Made by a program: the position numbers and the translations under genes. Shown piece after piece: positions 8,587 through 17,795 of a stretch of DNA of 20,000 bases; position 1 is the first letter of the stretch; the number at the start of each line of letters is the position of its first letter. The notes under the pieces were generated by a model. The model ran no database searches. It was not told the DNA's origin and saw only the letters and a program-made list of their open reading frames with translations. The DNA comes from an uncultured virus (IMG/VR IMGVR_UViG_3300031693_000204) (lineage: Duplodnaviria; Heunggongvirae; Uroviricota; Caudoviricetes), in IMG/VR virus record IMGVR_UViG_3300031693_000204; one strand, written 5' to 3'.

Positions 8587-9342
8587 ATGTTCGGTTACAA
8601 GATGGAAATTGAGAATCGCCAACGATACTGGGGCGCACGAGCTATCTTCAAGGGATACTCGGACAACTACAACATCGACCTCTTGTGGGATCGTCAATCC
8701 GTGGACGGGATGAGCGATCCGGCAACTCCCGAAGATGAAGCATTCGTGCTTTGGATTAACGAGCGAGCATTGCCTTGGCTGCGAGAAAAGGTCAAGGAAC
8801 TTGCCCTGTCAACCAACGAAGCACAGGACATTGTGTTGCAAGAGTTCAACTACGAACTGCGAGCCAACACCAATGCAAGCTGCGGATACCTCTACATCGG
8901 TGTTGCAGAACACCCGGTCGAGGAACTTGAGCCGATCAAAAACACCGCTTCCGGTAAGGACGAACGAGTCTTTCAAGTCGCTGGTAAGAAATTCATCTGG
9001 GGAGTTGACCACAATCCTCCGCTGCCCGGTACTCATGGTGATATTCCATGCAACCAGCGTGGCACCGGAAAGGTTGTCGGATACTTCGACGAACCTTACA
9101 AAGAAGGACACAATCTGCTCTGCCTCATGGTCGAGTACGATGAACCGGCTGATTGGCTGGTCTCCCAGACGATGGATGATCGTATCAAGAAAGACGTGAA
9201 AGCCTTTCGTCTGGAAGCTAAGCGTGGAACTGATCCAGAACACGGAATTCCTTCGCCAAAAGCATTGAAGGAATGGAAAAAGAACTTCAAGCTCGGACCT
9301 TGTATCGTCTGGGATGGTGACTTCAAGGTCAAGGCCGCATAA
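8587..9342 (+). CDS. Hypothetical protein (251 aa)
   Basis: AGGAGA SD; bounded by repeats; ends KVKAA. Confidence 0.8.
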   Translation: MFGYKMEIENRQRYWGARAIFKGYSDNYNIDLLWDRQSVDGMSDPATPEDEAFVLWINERALPWLREKVKELALSTNEAQDIVLQEFNYELRANTNASCGYLYIGVAEHPVEELEPIKNTASGKDERVFQVAGKKFIWGVDHNPPLPGTHGDIPCNQRGTGKVVGYFDEPYKEGHNLLCLMVEYDEPADWLVSQTMDDRIKKDVKAFRLEAKRGTDPEHGIPSPKALKEWKKNFKLGPCIVWDGDFKVKAA

Positions 9343-9395
9343 CCGGACACCGGGAAGAGAGTCGTACAAAACACAAAATTTGTAAAGGACAAGAC

Positions 9396-9851
9396 ATGAC
9401 AACAGACACACTACTTCCAATCTTTCACACTGTTAATGCTCCCATCACGGTCTCCGAAGGACGAATGCGGGACTTGCTTTGCTCCGCTATCGAGGGAGGC
9501 AGTGCGTATTGGGCATGTAACATGCAACACGAACTTGCCGAAGGTCTGGTCATCGGCGACTTCACCAAAGGCGGCAAGGAAGCACTCAAGGTCGAGGAAT
9601 ACTTTCCTTCGCACCAACTGATCCCATTCGTTGAGGGTTGTACTCTTCTGATCGAAGACACCGAAGAGGAAGACGAAGATGGAAAGCCAGTTGTGTACCG
9701 ATTGGATCGAGCCGCAATGCAACGTGGACTTGATCTGATGGCAACGCAAATGCCGAAACACTTCACCGACTTCATCGACGAAAACGATGATGCAATCACT
9801 GCCGATGTTTGGTTTCAACTATCCTGCATGGGCGAAGTTGTCTACGGATAG
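9396..9851 (+). CDS. Conserved phage-type hypothetical protein (151 aa)
   Basis: AIEGGSAYWA...DAITADVWFQ...GEVVYG signature recalled from small phage proteins. Confidence 0.75.
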   Translation: MTTDTLLPIFHTVNAPITVSEGRMRDLLCSAIEGGSAYWACNMQHELAEGLVIGDFTKGGKEALKVEEYFPSHQLIPFVEGCTLLIEDTEEEDEDGKPVVYRLDRAAMQRGLDLMATQMPKHFTDFIDENDDAITADVWFQLSCMGEVVYG

Positions 9852-9897
9852 GACACCGGGAAGAGAGTCGTAACAACCACATTCAGGAGAAAACGAA

Positions 9898-10311
9898 ATG
9901 CCGAAGCAAGAGATTCGAGTAACACGACCACTTTACAGCACCGACCCGGATCGAACCGCTCGGCAAGGTGAGTACATCTACGGCGATGAAGAGGCAACAT
10001 TCCAAACCATGCTATTGCGTGCCTTGGATAAGTTTCCCGGCGAACCTTTGGATGTTGAATCCGAAGATCAGTACATGGGACGCTTCATGGCGAAGCATCA
10101 TGGTACACCCGATCAAATGATCATCAAGTTGCCACTGGATGAACCGGGAGTCAGTAAGGACACTGCCGGTTACGCACTCGATGTGTTCACAAGCTATTGT
10201 AACACAAAAGAAACCTCGCTCGGAGTCGATCTTGCCTTGGCAAGACTTGCCAAAGCACTTGGACGACGACTGGACTACGAGCAAGTGGAACTGCTGGAAA
10301 GGAATGGATAA
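9898..10311 (+). CDS. Hypothetical protein (137 aa)
   Basis: AGGAGA SD. Confidence 0.7.
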   Translation: MPKQEIRVTRPLYSTDPDRTARQGEYIYGDEEATFQTMLLRALDKFPGEPLDVESEDQYMGRFMAKHHGTPDQMIIKLPLDEPGVSKDTAGYALDVFTSYCNTKETSLGVDLALARLAKALGRRLDYEQVELLERNG

Positions 10312-10487
10312 TGGCGGAACAGGACACCGGGAAGATGGATGAGAGAACAGTCCGAAGACTGATCGGAGAAATTGATGGTTTTCATGGGAATCAGTTGAAG
10401 CACCGAACTGAACAGCACATTGCTCAGGAAGTTCGAGTTATTCAACGATTCCTAAAGGAAGAAAAAGATGAGCGATCCAAGAGTTGA
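10311..10487 (+). CDS. Hypothetical protein (58 aa, MAEQDTGKMDER...), repeat within its 5' end
   Basis: Manually translated; TAATG coupling; alternative in-frame start at 10335. Confidence 0.5.
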   Translation: MAEQDTGKMDERTVRRLIGEIDGFHGNQLKHRTEQHIAQEVRVIQRFLKEEKDERSKS

Positions 10488-10722
10488 TGCAATCCGAAGC
10501 GATGCAAAAGTTGGACGGGGAACTTGCACGTCAATTGACGAAGCAATGACCGACGATGAATTGATTGAAGCACTTGACGAAGCAGGAGTGAAAACACCTG
10601 CCAAAGCGGTCAAGTGGGCAATCGACGACGAAGGATTGAGAATCGAGAACGCAACCAACCACCGCTGGGGAAGCGACGATGATCCTGAACTGAAACGCTT
10701 ACGGGAATGGAACGAAGAGTAA
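10468..10722 (+). CDS. Hypothetical protein (84 aa)
   Basis: AAGGA SD; ends TAACC-repeat. Confidence 0.7.
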   Translation: MSDPRVDAIRSDAKVGRGTCTSIDEAMTDDELIEALDEAGVKTPAKAVKWAIDDEGLRIENATNHRWGSDDDPELKRLREWNEE

Positions 10723-10770
10723 CCGGACACCGGGAAGAGAAGCGTAACAACCACATAAACGGAGAGACAA

Positions 10771-11247
10771 ATGAGCAATCGCATTACTGCCTACACCGAT
10801 GCACCAACTGATTATGATTATCGTTGGATGCGTACCGAAATTGAAAACTACGCACTCTACGACGGCAAGAAGTCGATCCGAATGTGTAGCAATGATGATA
10901 GCTGGCATTGCGATTCTCAAATCCAGCGATACGGTTCAGGAATGCACCTTGGACTTACGCAAGCGAGTTTCGACGATTATGTCACGAGTGGGCTGATTGT
11001 GCTCACGCCAGACCTGCAAATCGTTCATCACCGGGCAGTCATTAACCTGCCAGATGATTACGATTATGACAGTGACGGAACTTTCTTCAAGGCATACGAA
11101 TACTACGCTTGCGGTGAAGGTAAAGCCGAAAACGTGAAGGTCGAAAGTGGTGCCTTTGGTGGAGGATCGAAGGAAATCAGCATCTATGTTGTCGGCGACA
11201 AGCCGCTGTTCGACAAGATCGTTGCAGAACTTAAAGAAGCCGCATAG
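10771..11247 (+). CDS. Hypothetical protein (158 aa)
   Basis: GGAGAG SD; bounded by repeats; ends LKEAA. Confidence 0.75.
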   Translation: MSNRITAYTDAPTDYDYRWMRTEIENYALYDGKKSIRMCSNDDSWHCDSQIQRYGSGMHLGLTQASFDDYVTSGLIVLTPDLQIVHHRAVINLPDDYDYDSDGTFFKAYEYYACGEGKAENVKVESGAFGGGSKEISIYVVGDKPLFDKIVAELKEAA

Positions 11248-11294
11248 GACACCGGGAAGGGCAGTAACGAAACAACCACATTAAGGAGTTAAAA

Positions 11295-11807
11295 ATGAAT
11301 TTGCTGCTCGCCGAAAAATTGTGCAAACACTTGATGAAAGAGTGGGACATTGACCCAAAGTGGGAGTTTTGCTGGTCAAATGGCAAACGCCAACTTGGTT
11401 GCGTGAAACAAACAAAGCCAGAGTTTGTTGAAATACAGCGTGCCGCTGGTAAGAAAGTTATCAGCAAGCTCTGCCTTTCTCGTCATCTGGTGAGGAACAA
11501 TCCCGAAGATGAAGTGAGAGATACCATCCTGCATGAAATCGCTCACATCAAGGCCGGTCACGAAGCTGGTCATGGTCCGCTTTGGAAACAATGGGCCAGA
11601 AAAGTTGGTGCAAGGCCGGTTCGGTGTGCAACGCAAGTTCTCATGGTGCAAGCCAAGTACATTGTTGTTTGTACCGTGTGTGATTCAGTGACTCGGAAAG
11701 CACACAAGAGAGTTAAGTTGGCAAGACGATACTGCCGAAAGTGTGGAGTCTCTTCTTCTGGCAAGCTCGAACTACGACACAACCCCGAAGCTGGTCAAGT
11801 CAAGTAG
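11295..11807 (+). CDS. SprT-like zinc metalloprotease domain protein
   Basis: KRQLGC...LSRHL...DTILHEIAH...GHGPLWKQWARKVGA plus C-terminal CxxC/CxxC; TAAGGAG SD. Confidence 0.85.
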   Translation: MNLLLAEKLCKHLMKEWDIDPKWEFCWSNGKRQLGCVKQTKPEFVEIQRAAGKKVISKLCLSRHLVRNNPEDEVRDTILHEIAHIKAGHEAGHGPLWKQWARKVGARPVRCATQVLMVQAKYIVVCTVCDSVTRKAHKRVKLARRYCRKCGVSSSGKLELRHNPEAGQVK

Positions 11808-11841
11808 GACACCGGGAAGACAACCGAAAGGACAAAAAACT

Positions 11842-12099
11842 ATGAGCGAAACTAAAACATTACCCGAACTACAACAGCGTCTTATGGATGCTGAACTCGG
11901 ACTCGTCGAAGATGATTTCGGCTATCACGCTACCGATCTGTACGTTGTGGCAAAGCCCGGCGTTCGAGAGTGGTTGAAAGCCAACTACGAATTCTTTTCC
12001 AACATCACCGGATTCAGAAGCCAAGAGGGTTCTGACTGGAATGGTGCTGGCAAGTTCTGCTTTGATATCCCTTTCGCTGGCAATTGGGAAAGGAGATAA
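11842..12099 (+). CDS. Conserved phage-type hypothetical protein (85 aa)
   Basis: HATDLYV...FRSQ...FDIPFA pattern; AAAGGA SD. Confidence 0.7.
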   Translation: MSETKTLPELQQRLMDAELGLVEDDFGYHATDLYVVAKPGVREWLKANYEFFSNITGFRSQEGSDWNGAGKFCFDIPFAGNWERR

Positions 12100-12163
12100 C
12101 CGGACACCGGGAAGTGACCTGTAAGAGAAACGAACCTTTTTCAACCACACTGGAGACAAAGAA

Positions 12164-12508
12164 ATGACGAAGAACAAAACCGGCAATACGATCAATCAGA
12201 TGCTCAGCAAGGCACGCACCCGCTTTCAGTGGTTGCAAAAATTGCAAAAGAATGTTTCACCCTTGCTCAACAAGTTGTCAGACTTTGAACTGGCACGCAA
12301 TGTCTACGATCCGCCAAAGGTCGCCAACACGTTGACACTCACCTACTGTGGTGAAGAGACACCAGAAGCAGTGCTGAAAGCACGAAGTCGCTTCGAGAAG
12401 GTATTCGGCACGATCAACGATGACAATACCGTCGTTGTCAAGTGTGGTCGAATCACCATGACGATTACCGTGGTCACTCCGACCGTTACCTTGAAAAAGG
12501 CCGCATAG
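12164..12508 (+). CDS. Hypothetical protein (114 aa)
   Basis: TGGAGA SD; ends LKKAA then TAG-repeat. Confidence 0.7.
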   Translation: MTKNKTGNTINQMLSKARTRFQWLQKLQKNVSPLLNKLSDFELARNVYDPPKVANTLTLTYCGEETPEAVLKARSRFEKVFGTINDDNTVVVKCGRITMTITVVTPTVTLKKAA

Positions 12509-12560
12509 GACACCGGGAACAATGGCATGGAAGCCACTAAGCCCAATCGGAGAAAAGAAA

Positions 12561-13106
12561 ATGATACTGCAAAAAGAATCCATCACCAATGCTGCTCGTA
12601 ACTTGATGCTCATTACGGTTGAAAGCGAACTCGAAGATGCTGATGCCGGATGCTCATTGCCAAAGTGGTTTGCAGCAAAGAGATTTGACAAGCCCGATGG
12701 TGAAGGCGAAGTCACTGCTGAAAGCCTTGTCGATGCGATTCTGAAACACAATACTGCGGATGTGATGCTCACGATGGGTATTATCATCGGCAAGATTGAG
12801 AACGCTTGGGGCCACAGTATCGGACTCGTGTTTCATCACATGGGATTCACCGATATTGATGATCAGTCAAGTTTGCTCTACCGCTTGATTATGGGTTGTA
12901 TGGGACACGGAATCTGCCTTGATGATGATGGGCCTAGTGGTCCAGTCGCAATGGGATTCGACAATTCTGGTAAAATCCTCTTAAACATCATAGAGGACAC
13001 CGGGAAGAGATTTGAAGCAAGTCCAGTTCATCTGGACGGCGACGATCCAATCCGTGAACTGATCTCCGAACATCTTGAATATGAGGATACAACATGCACA
13101 GCATGA
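12561..13106 (+). CDS. Hypothetical protein (181 aa) containing an internal repeat copy
   Basis: GGAGA SD (alternative start 12522); the repeat at 12995 is read as EDTGK. Confidence 0.7.
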   Translation: MILQKESITNAARNLMLITVESELEDADAGCSLPKWFAAKRFDKPDGEGEVTAESLVDAILKHNTADVMLTMGIIIGKIENAWGHSIGLVFHHMGFTDIDDQSSLLYRLIMGCMGHGICLDDDGPSGPVAMGFDNSGKILLNIIEDTGKRFEASPVHLDGDDPIRELISEHLEYEDTTCTA

Positions 13107-13561
13107 TTACCGAAGCTCTGAAAGAAATGGATGGTTGCACTCCCGATACTTTCGCAGAACAGAATTCACGATGGGTGGATGAAATCTGCGAAGCTCACGA
13201 TGGGATGGGAATGCTGAAAGGCTGGTTATTCCGAATGGATGGTGGCGTTGTCGAGTCAACTGGTGTTCCTGCTGTTGACCTTGTGTTCGATCACGGAATC
13301 GTTTCGGCCTATCTGCCTTCACTGGTCGTGTATTCGTCAAGTCACGAGCAGGATTGTTTATTCTACACGATTGATGGTGTTTCCCCGAAATCGACCAATC
13401 GTCAATACGAGTTGGATGAGAACGAAGATGGAACAGTACAATTGAGACTCCATACCCAACATGGATTGCTCGATCTCGTGTTCTCCGAAAAAGAACAAGT
13501 GCTGCGGTACGTCGCTGGTCAACACCTTGAAATTGCGAAAAAGGTGTTGGTCGAAGCATAG
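13094..13561 (+). CDS. Hypothetical protein (~155 aa)
   Basis: GAGGA SD; overlaps the upstream stop; ends at TAG-repeat. Confidence 0.7.
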   Translation: MHSMITEALKEMDGCTPDTFAEQNSRWVDEICEAHDGMGMLKGWLFRMDGGVVESTGVPAVDLVFDHGIVSAYLPSLVVYSSSHEQDCLFYTIDGVSPKSTNRQYELDENEDGTVQLRLHTQHGLLDLVFSEKEQVLRYVAGQHLEIAKKVLVEA

Positions 13562-13602
13562 GACACCGGGAAGAGAGTTGTAACAACCACAAGGGGAAAC
13601 AA

Positions 13603-13830
13603 ATGATGCGACTTGGAATGAGGATGTATAACATCCCAGAGTTAAGATTGACTCAAAACTGTACCGAGTGTGGCGAACCACTGAATGATTCGCACATCGG
13701 AACACCGGAAGAGTTGACTGCTCAAGTTCAAGCCGGTTGTTTGGGTGAACCGAAGACTGCTGAAAGATTCACCTGCCCTAAGTGTGGGAGAACGACTCAC
13801 AAAATTGGAGATACAAATGACGACAACTGA
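13603..13830 (+). CDS. Small zinc-ribbon protein
   Basis: CTECG...CPKCG; AAGGGG SD. Confidence 0.65.
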   Translation: MMRLGMRMYNIPELRLTQNCTECGEPLNDSHIGTPEELTAQVQAGCLGEPKTAERFTCPKCGRTTHKIGDTNDDN

Positions 13831-14131
13831 ATTACGATCAGCCGACCCGAACAACACCGACAATCTTGTCGGTTGCTTTGAGGCAAGCGATCAAATGAAT
13901 CACTTCCCGTCTCACTACCAACCAAGTTTACGCTCTCACTTTGAACATGGTCAATGGTGGATTCAAGACACACCAAGTGGCGCAAGTTGGTCCGTCAATG
14001 ATGCCGAAACGAACGGCGAAGAACATTACTGTTTCGAGTTGGTTTCTGAGGGTGACGAAGATTGCTTCCAAGACGACGGCGATGATTACGAAGCTGCCGT
14101 CGAAGACCCGGATGATCCTTTCACTGGATAG
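13817..14131 (+). CDS. Hypothetical acidic protein (104 aa)
   Basis: TTGGAGA SD; ends at TAG-repeat. Confidence 0.7.
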   Translation: MTTTELRSADPNNTDNLVGCFEASDQMNHFPSHYQPSLRSHFEHGQWWIQDTPSGASWSVNDAETNGEEHYCFELVSEGDEDCFQDDGDDYEAAVEDPDDPFTG

Positions 14132-14265
14132 GACACCGGGAAGAGAAGTGTAAGAGTTACTGGTCGCCAACTGCGGATAAGAGACTTTAAGACTCTTTAA
14201 GCAACGTGACTGCGCTCGCTCCGTTCACTCCGTTTACCAACAAAACATAATAAGGAAAACCTCAA

Positions 14266-14433
14266 ATGATGGAAAACCTCGCCTTTGCCTTAGCCGATGC
14301 ACTATTAGGCTATGCCTCCGAACATGGTAGTGTTGACCGCTACATCTCACAACAAAAGTTTGATGCAGTGCTGATGGAATTGAAGAAAGCCAACCCCGAA
14401 CGGTACGAAAAAGAAATTAAACCGTTCCGCTAA
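14266..14433 (+). CDS. Hypothetical protein (55 aa, MMENLAFALAD...KPFR)
   Basis: Manually translated; TAAGGA SD; ends TAATC-repeat. Confidence 0.65.
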   Translation: MMENLAFALADALLGYASEHGSVDRYISQQKFDAVLMELKKANPERYEKEIKPFR

Positions 14434-14484
14434 TCGGACACCGGGAAGAGAAGCGTAACAACCACAATACTTTGGAGAGACAAA

Positions 14485-14799
14485 ATGGCATTCGGATTAT
14501 CTTTTAGCGATGCTTTCTTCAAGCAAGAGGGCGATGACGAAATTGATCCTGAAAACGCCGAATCCGAAATCGGCAACCCCACAAGCGTTTGGCAAGCGTT
14601 GATGTTAAAGACCGAAAAAGAATGGACCGAGATTGCCAAAGAAGTCTTCGACCTTGAAGACGGCGATCAGCTTGATTGCGATATGGTGATCGACAAGATT
14701 CGGGAAACCGACACTTGCACCGACCTTTCATCCCCCGTCCACGTCTATATCGACGAAGAGGGATTCTATACTGTAGACATTTACGATGAGGGAAACTGA
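14485..14799 (+). CDS. Hypothetical acidic protein (104 aa)
   Basis: TTGGAGAG SD. Confidence 0.75.
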   Translation: MAFGLSFSDAFFKQEGDDEIDPENAESEIGNPTSVWQALMLKTEKEWTEIAKEVFDLEDGDQLDCDMVIDKIRETDTCTDLSSPVHVYIDEEGFYTVDIYDEGN

Positions 14800-14817
14800 C
14801 AAATAGGACACCGGGAA

Positions 14818-15078
14818 ATGGCATATCGAGTCAGCGGCAAAGGCCGCAACCAACGAATACAAAAATTGTTGTTTGGCTGCTCCCTGTATAGGAACAGCAT
14901 CATGTGGTACGACGTAGGACCGTATGTGAGGCCCAATCAATTCAATCGGGCATTATGTCTCATGTCCCGCCTTGAACAGCGGGGATTGACCTCTCACTGG
15001 CTCTACGATGCCGCTCGAAATATCGCACAAGACCTGCTGGGAATCGGAGATAAAAAGAAATGGGATACGAAAGGGTGA
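14818..15078 (+). CDS. Hypothetical basic protein (86 aa)
   Basis: ATG directly abuts the repeat. Confidence 0.5.
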   Translation: MAYRVSGKGRNQRIQKLLFGCSLYRNSIMWYDVGPYVRPNQFNRALCLMSRLEQRGLTSHWLYDAARNIAQDLLGIGDKKKWDTKG

Positions 15079-15437
15079 TACCAAGAGACCTATTCAACGA
15101 AGCAAAATTGCTCAAGTGTTTAGGCCAGATGTCGCTTATCATTCACAGTAATGTCGGCATTGACAAATGGCGTTTGAGTATCGAACACGATACCTCAAAC
15201 CACGATGGTTTCAACATCGTCAAGGATGCTGGTTCAGGTGACATTGAATGTAACAACGTCCACGTCTACGTTGCTGGGGAATTGATTCAGTTGACCACTG
15301 GACTCAACAGTCGTCGAGCATATCCTTTGGTGTTTGAAAAGGAAGACGGCAAGGGTGAGATTCACGAAGGATTCGTCTTCGACGATAACGGAGATTTCAC
15401 TGGTGAATTTGTTGCCTACCTCGAAACTATGGAATAG
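15060..15437 (+). CDS. Conserved phage-type hypothetical protein (125 aa)
   Basis: YERVIPRDLFNEAKLLKCLGQ N-terminus recalled from phage hypotheticals; GGAGA SD. Confidence 0.75.
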   Translation: MGYERVIPRDLFNEAKLLKCLGQMSLIIHSNVGIDKWRLSIEHDTSNHDGFNIVKDAGSGDIECNNVHVYVAGELIQLTTGLNSRRAYPLVFEKEDGKGEIHEGFVFDDNGDFTGEFVAYLETME

Positions 15438-15482
15438 GACACCGGGAAGAGAGTCGTAACAACAACCACACAAGGAGAAGCA

Positions 15483-15749
15483 ATGTTTAACCTCGGACAA
15501 ATCGTAGCAACACCAGCCGCACTGCAAGTCTTGGAAAAGAACGGACAAGCCGCTTCCGACTTCATTGAACGTCACCACAACCGAGAACAAGGTGAACTCG
15601 GCGACGAAGACCACCAAGCAAACGACGAATCGGTCAAAGGCAAAGGTCAAATCCTGTCTGTCTTCAAGGCAAAGGATGAAACCAAAGTCTGGGTTATCAC
15701 CGATCCGGGCCATGAAGTGACAACCGTTCTGCTCCCGTCCGACTACTAA
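15483..15749 (+). CDS. Conserved plasmid/phage-associated small protein (88 aa)
   Basis: FNLGQIVATPAA...RH...GEL..ED..AND...ILSVF...VWVITD...TTVLLPSDY, a widespread mobile-element family of unknown function. Confidence 0.8.
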   Translation: MFNLGQIVATPAALQVLEKNGQAASDFIERHHNREQGELGDEDHQANDESVKGKGQILSVFKAKDETKVWVITDPGHEVTTVLLPSDY

Positions 15750-15807
15750 TCGGACACCGGGAAGAGAAATGTAAGACAACCACAACACAAAATTTGGAGA
15801 GAACACA

Positions 15808-16299
15808 ATGGGATGGTCATGTAACCGAGACGCTGGACTGAAACTGGAAGCAATCACTGAGTTTTGCCTCAAGTCAACCGGACTCCAGAACGTCTACATG
15901 GTAGGCAGCAAAAAGTATATGCTCGAAGTGGGCAGGGAACAGGGCGATGGTGCGATTTGTGCCTCGATCTACAAGTACGACGAAAATGGTCGTGTGAAGC
16001 GTTCAGGATCGTTGAGAATCGAAGGCGATGGCGGAATGAGCCGTGGTCCAGCGGTACTCAAGAAAATCGAAGTGCTGTTCTTCGACGTAAACGGACACCG
16101 GGAACGATGGCGTGGAGGGGAAGTGACTCAAGCGAACATTGATGCCCAGATCGCTGACTGGCGTAAGCAATGGGAGCCGGATGGTTGCAACTCCCACATC
16201 GGAGTTAGCGAGAAGACTCGCTTTCCGACTGCCGTTGTTCGGACCTACAAAGGTGAGGTTCTCGGAGAATACAAAACTCCGATGTTCCTCGTCGAGTAG
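15808..16299 (+). CDS. Hypothetical protein (163 aa) containing an internal repeat copy
   Basis: TTGGAGAG SD; the repeat at 16093 is read as GHRE. Confidence 0.7.
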   Translation: MGWSCNRDAGLKLEAITEFCLKSTGLQNVYMVGSKKYMLEVGREQGDGAICASIYKYDENGRVKRSGSLRIEGDGGMSRGPAVLKKIEVLFFDVNGHRERWRGGEVTQANIDAQIADWRKQWEPDGCNSHIGVSEKTRFPTAVVRTYKGEVLGEYKTPMFLVE

Positions 16300-16348
16300 G
16301 ACACCGGGAAGAGGATTGTAAGACAACCACAACACTTTGGAGAGAACG

Positions 16349-16669
16349 ATGAATCAACCTTTAGTTTGGACAGAGTATCTGATTACTCCCGATGCAGCAA
16401 TGCAAAAACTCGCTCAAGATGCTGTCGATGTGCAAAATGCCTGTAACGGAACAGCCGTTTCCGGCCTGCTCAATCGAACAATGTCTGCTCTGATGAAAGA
16501 GAAAAAGGGCAGCGATTACGTCAACCAGCATCCAATCGTGCAAGCAATCATTGATAAACTGCAAAGCCTTGCGAAGATACCACAATCAGGTACGTCAATG
16601 TTCCACATTCATTGTATGGAACTCGCCGAAGGGAACTGTGTTACCGTCAACATAGTGCCAACAGCATGA
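16349..16669 (+). CDS. Hypothetical protein (106 aa)
   Basis: TTGGAGAG SD then ATG. Confidence 0.7.
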   Translation: MNQPLVWTEYLITPDAAMQKLAQDAVDVQNACNGTAVSGLLNRTMSALMKEKKGSDYVNQHPIVQAIIDKLQSLAKIPQSGTSMFHIHCMELAEGNCVTVNIVPTA

Positions 16670-16916
16670 AGTATATCATCGTGAAAGACAGGGAAGACGA
16701 AGAACATGCAATCGTCTTCCCTGATGAAATTATCCACAAGGATGTGGCTCGGATTCATCGAGCTACCGACGTTCGTTTCATCTCAGCCGGTTTCTGCAAT
16801 CTGGAAACACTACAATGCTGGGGAAAAGCGAATCACTCAACAGAGAATCACGTCCCGAAGAGGATTCACAAGTCTTGAAGAAAGACTTCAATCGGACACC
16901 GGGAAGTGAAGCGTAA
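16666..16916 (+). pseudogene. Small phage-type protein with probable 1-bp frameshift at GGGGAAAA (16820-16827)
   Basis: MKYIIV...VFPDEIIH...ISAGFC...CWG continues plausibly as KSESLNRESRPEEDS if one base is added; as given, it stops at 16878. Confidence 0.5.
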
Positions 16917-16940
16917 CAACAACCACAACGGAGAAACGAA

Positions 16941-17165
16941 ATGGGAACTGGGAACTGGGTAGTCATTGAACTAATCAACGGAGTTATCACGAAGTGTCTG
17001 GATTACTTCGACCGCACTAAGGACGAAGTTCTGAATTGTGCCGTTGAGTTGGCAATGGAAAATAATTACCAACATGGTCGCAACGATGCTCTTGATATCA
17101 TCAACGATGCTGGCGTGCTGCACATCACTTCAACGTGTTCGGTTTACATCACTACCGCTAATTAA
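16941..17165 (+). CDS. Hypothetical protein (74 aa)
   Basis: GGAGA SD. Confidence 0.65.
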   Translation: MGTGNWVVIELINGVITKCLDYFDRTKDEVLNCAVELAMENNYQHGRNDALDIINDAGVLHITSTCSVYITTAN

Positions 17166-17173
17166 GGAAACTC

Positions 17174-17356
17174 ATGTCTTCTGCAATACGAATCACACTT
17201 AACACCGATCCAAACCAAGACATTGCCAAAACGAGAATCGAAGTAGGCAAACACTTGCATGAACTCGCTGATCGACTCCAAAAGGGTGAATACATTGGCC
17301 GATTCGTGCTGGGAAAAGGCGAAAACAAACTGAGTGGGGATGTTGACGAACTATAG
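17174..17356 (+). CDS. Hypothetical protein (60 aa)
   Basis: TAAGGA SD; ends at TAG-repeat. Confidence 0.65.
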   Translation: MSSAIRITLNTDPNQDIAKTRIEVGKHLHELADRLQKGEYIGRFVLGKGENKLSGDVDEL

Positions 17357-17401
17357 GACACCGGGAAGAGAGTTGTAAACAACAACCACTTGGAGAAAAC
17401 A

Positions 17402-17743
17402 ATGGACCACTTCATCGAGACTTTCAAAGGCAAAGGCAGCAACCTAGTCATTACAGTTGATGCTGATGAACAAACCGAACTCAAGGAATTGCGAGAAGAC
17501 GAAGAGTCTTTCTTTCACTCCGATCAGACAATGCACGATCAGCTTGAACCACTGACCTGCAATTCCGAATTGAATTTCGTCGATCCAGCCGACACTGGCG
17601 ACTTGACCGATGCTCCAATGCTCGGAATACTTGACGAAGATGATAAGATCGTCAACCGATGGGCGTTTATGGACTATCAAGTTCGATCTCTGCTGGATGA
17701 CCTTGCCGACAAAGGGCGAGCGGTGTTAGTTGGTGGCAACTAA
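17402..17743 (+). CDS. Hypothetical acidic protein (113 aa)
   Basis: TTGGAGA SD; bounded by repeats. Confidence 0.75.
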   Translation: MDHFIETFKGKGSNLVITVDADEQTELKELREDEESFFHSDQTMHDQLEPLTCNSELNFVDPADTGDLTDAPMLGILDEDDKIVNRWAFMDYQVRSLLDDLADKGRAVLVGGN

Positions 17744-17795
17744 CCGGACACCGGGAAGAGAGTTGTAAGAACAACACAAAATTTGGAGAGAACAA

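Noticed and set aside
9061..9071. GGCACCGGAAA and other weak motif look-alikes (4404 GGACAACC, 7543 GACACGGGA)
   Set aside because: Too degenerate to distinguish from chance, so not counted.
2468..17356. TAG stop-codon reassignment (alternative genetic code)
   Set aside because: TAGs are followed by a leader, SD and new start, and the standard code already gives dense, sensible ORFs.
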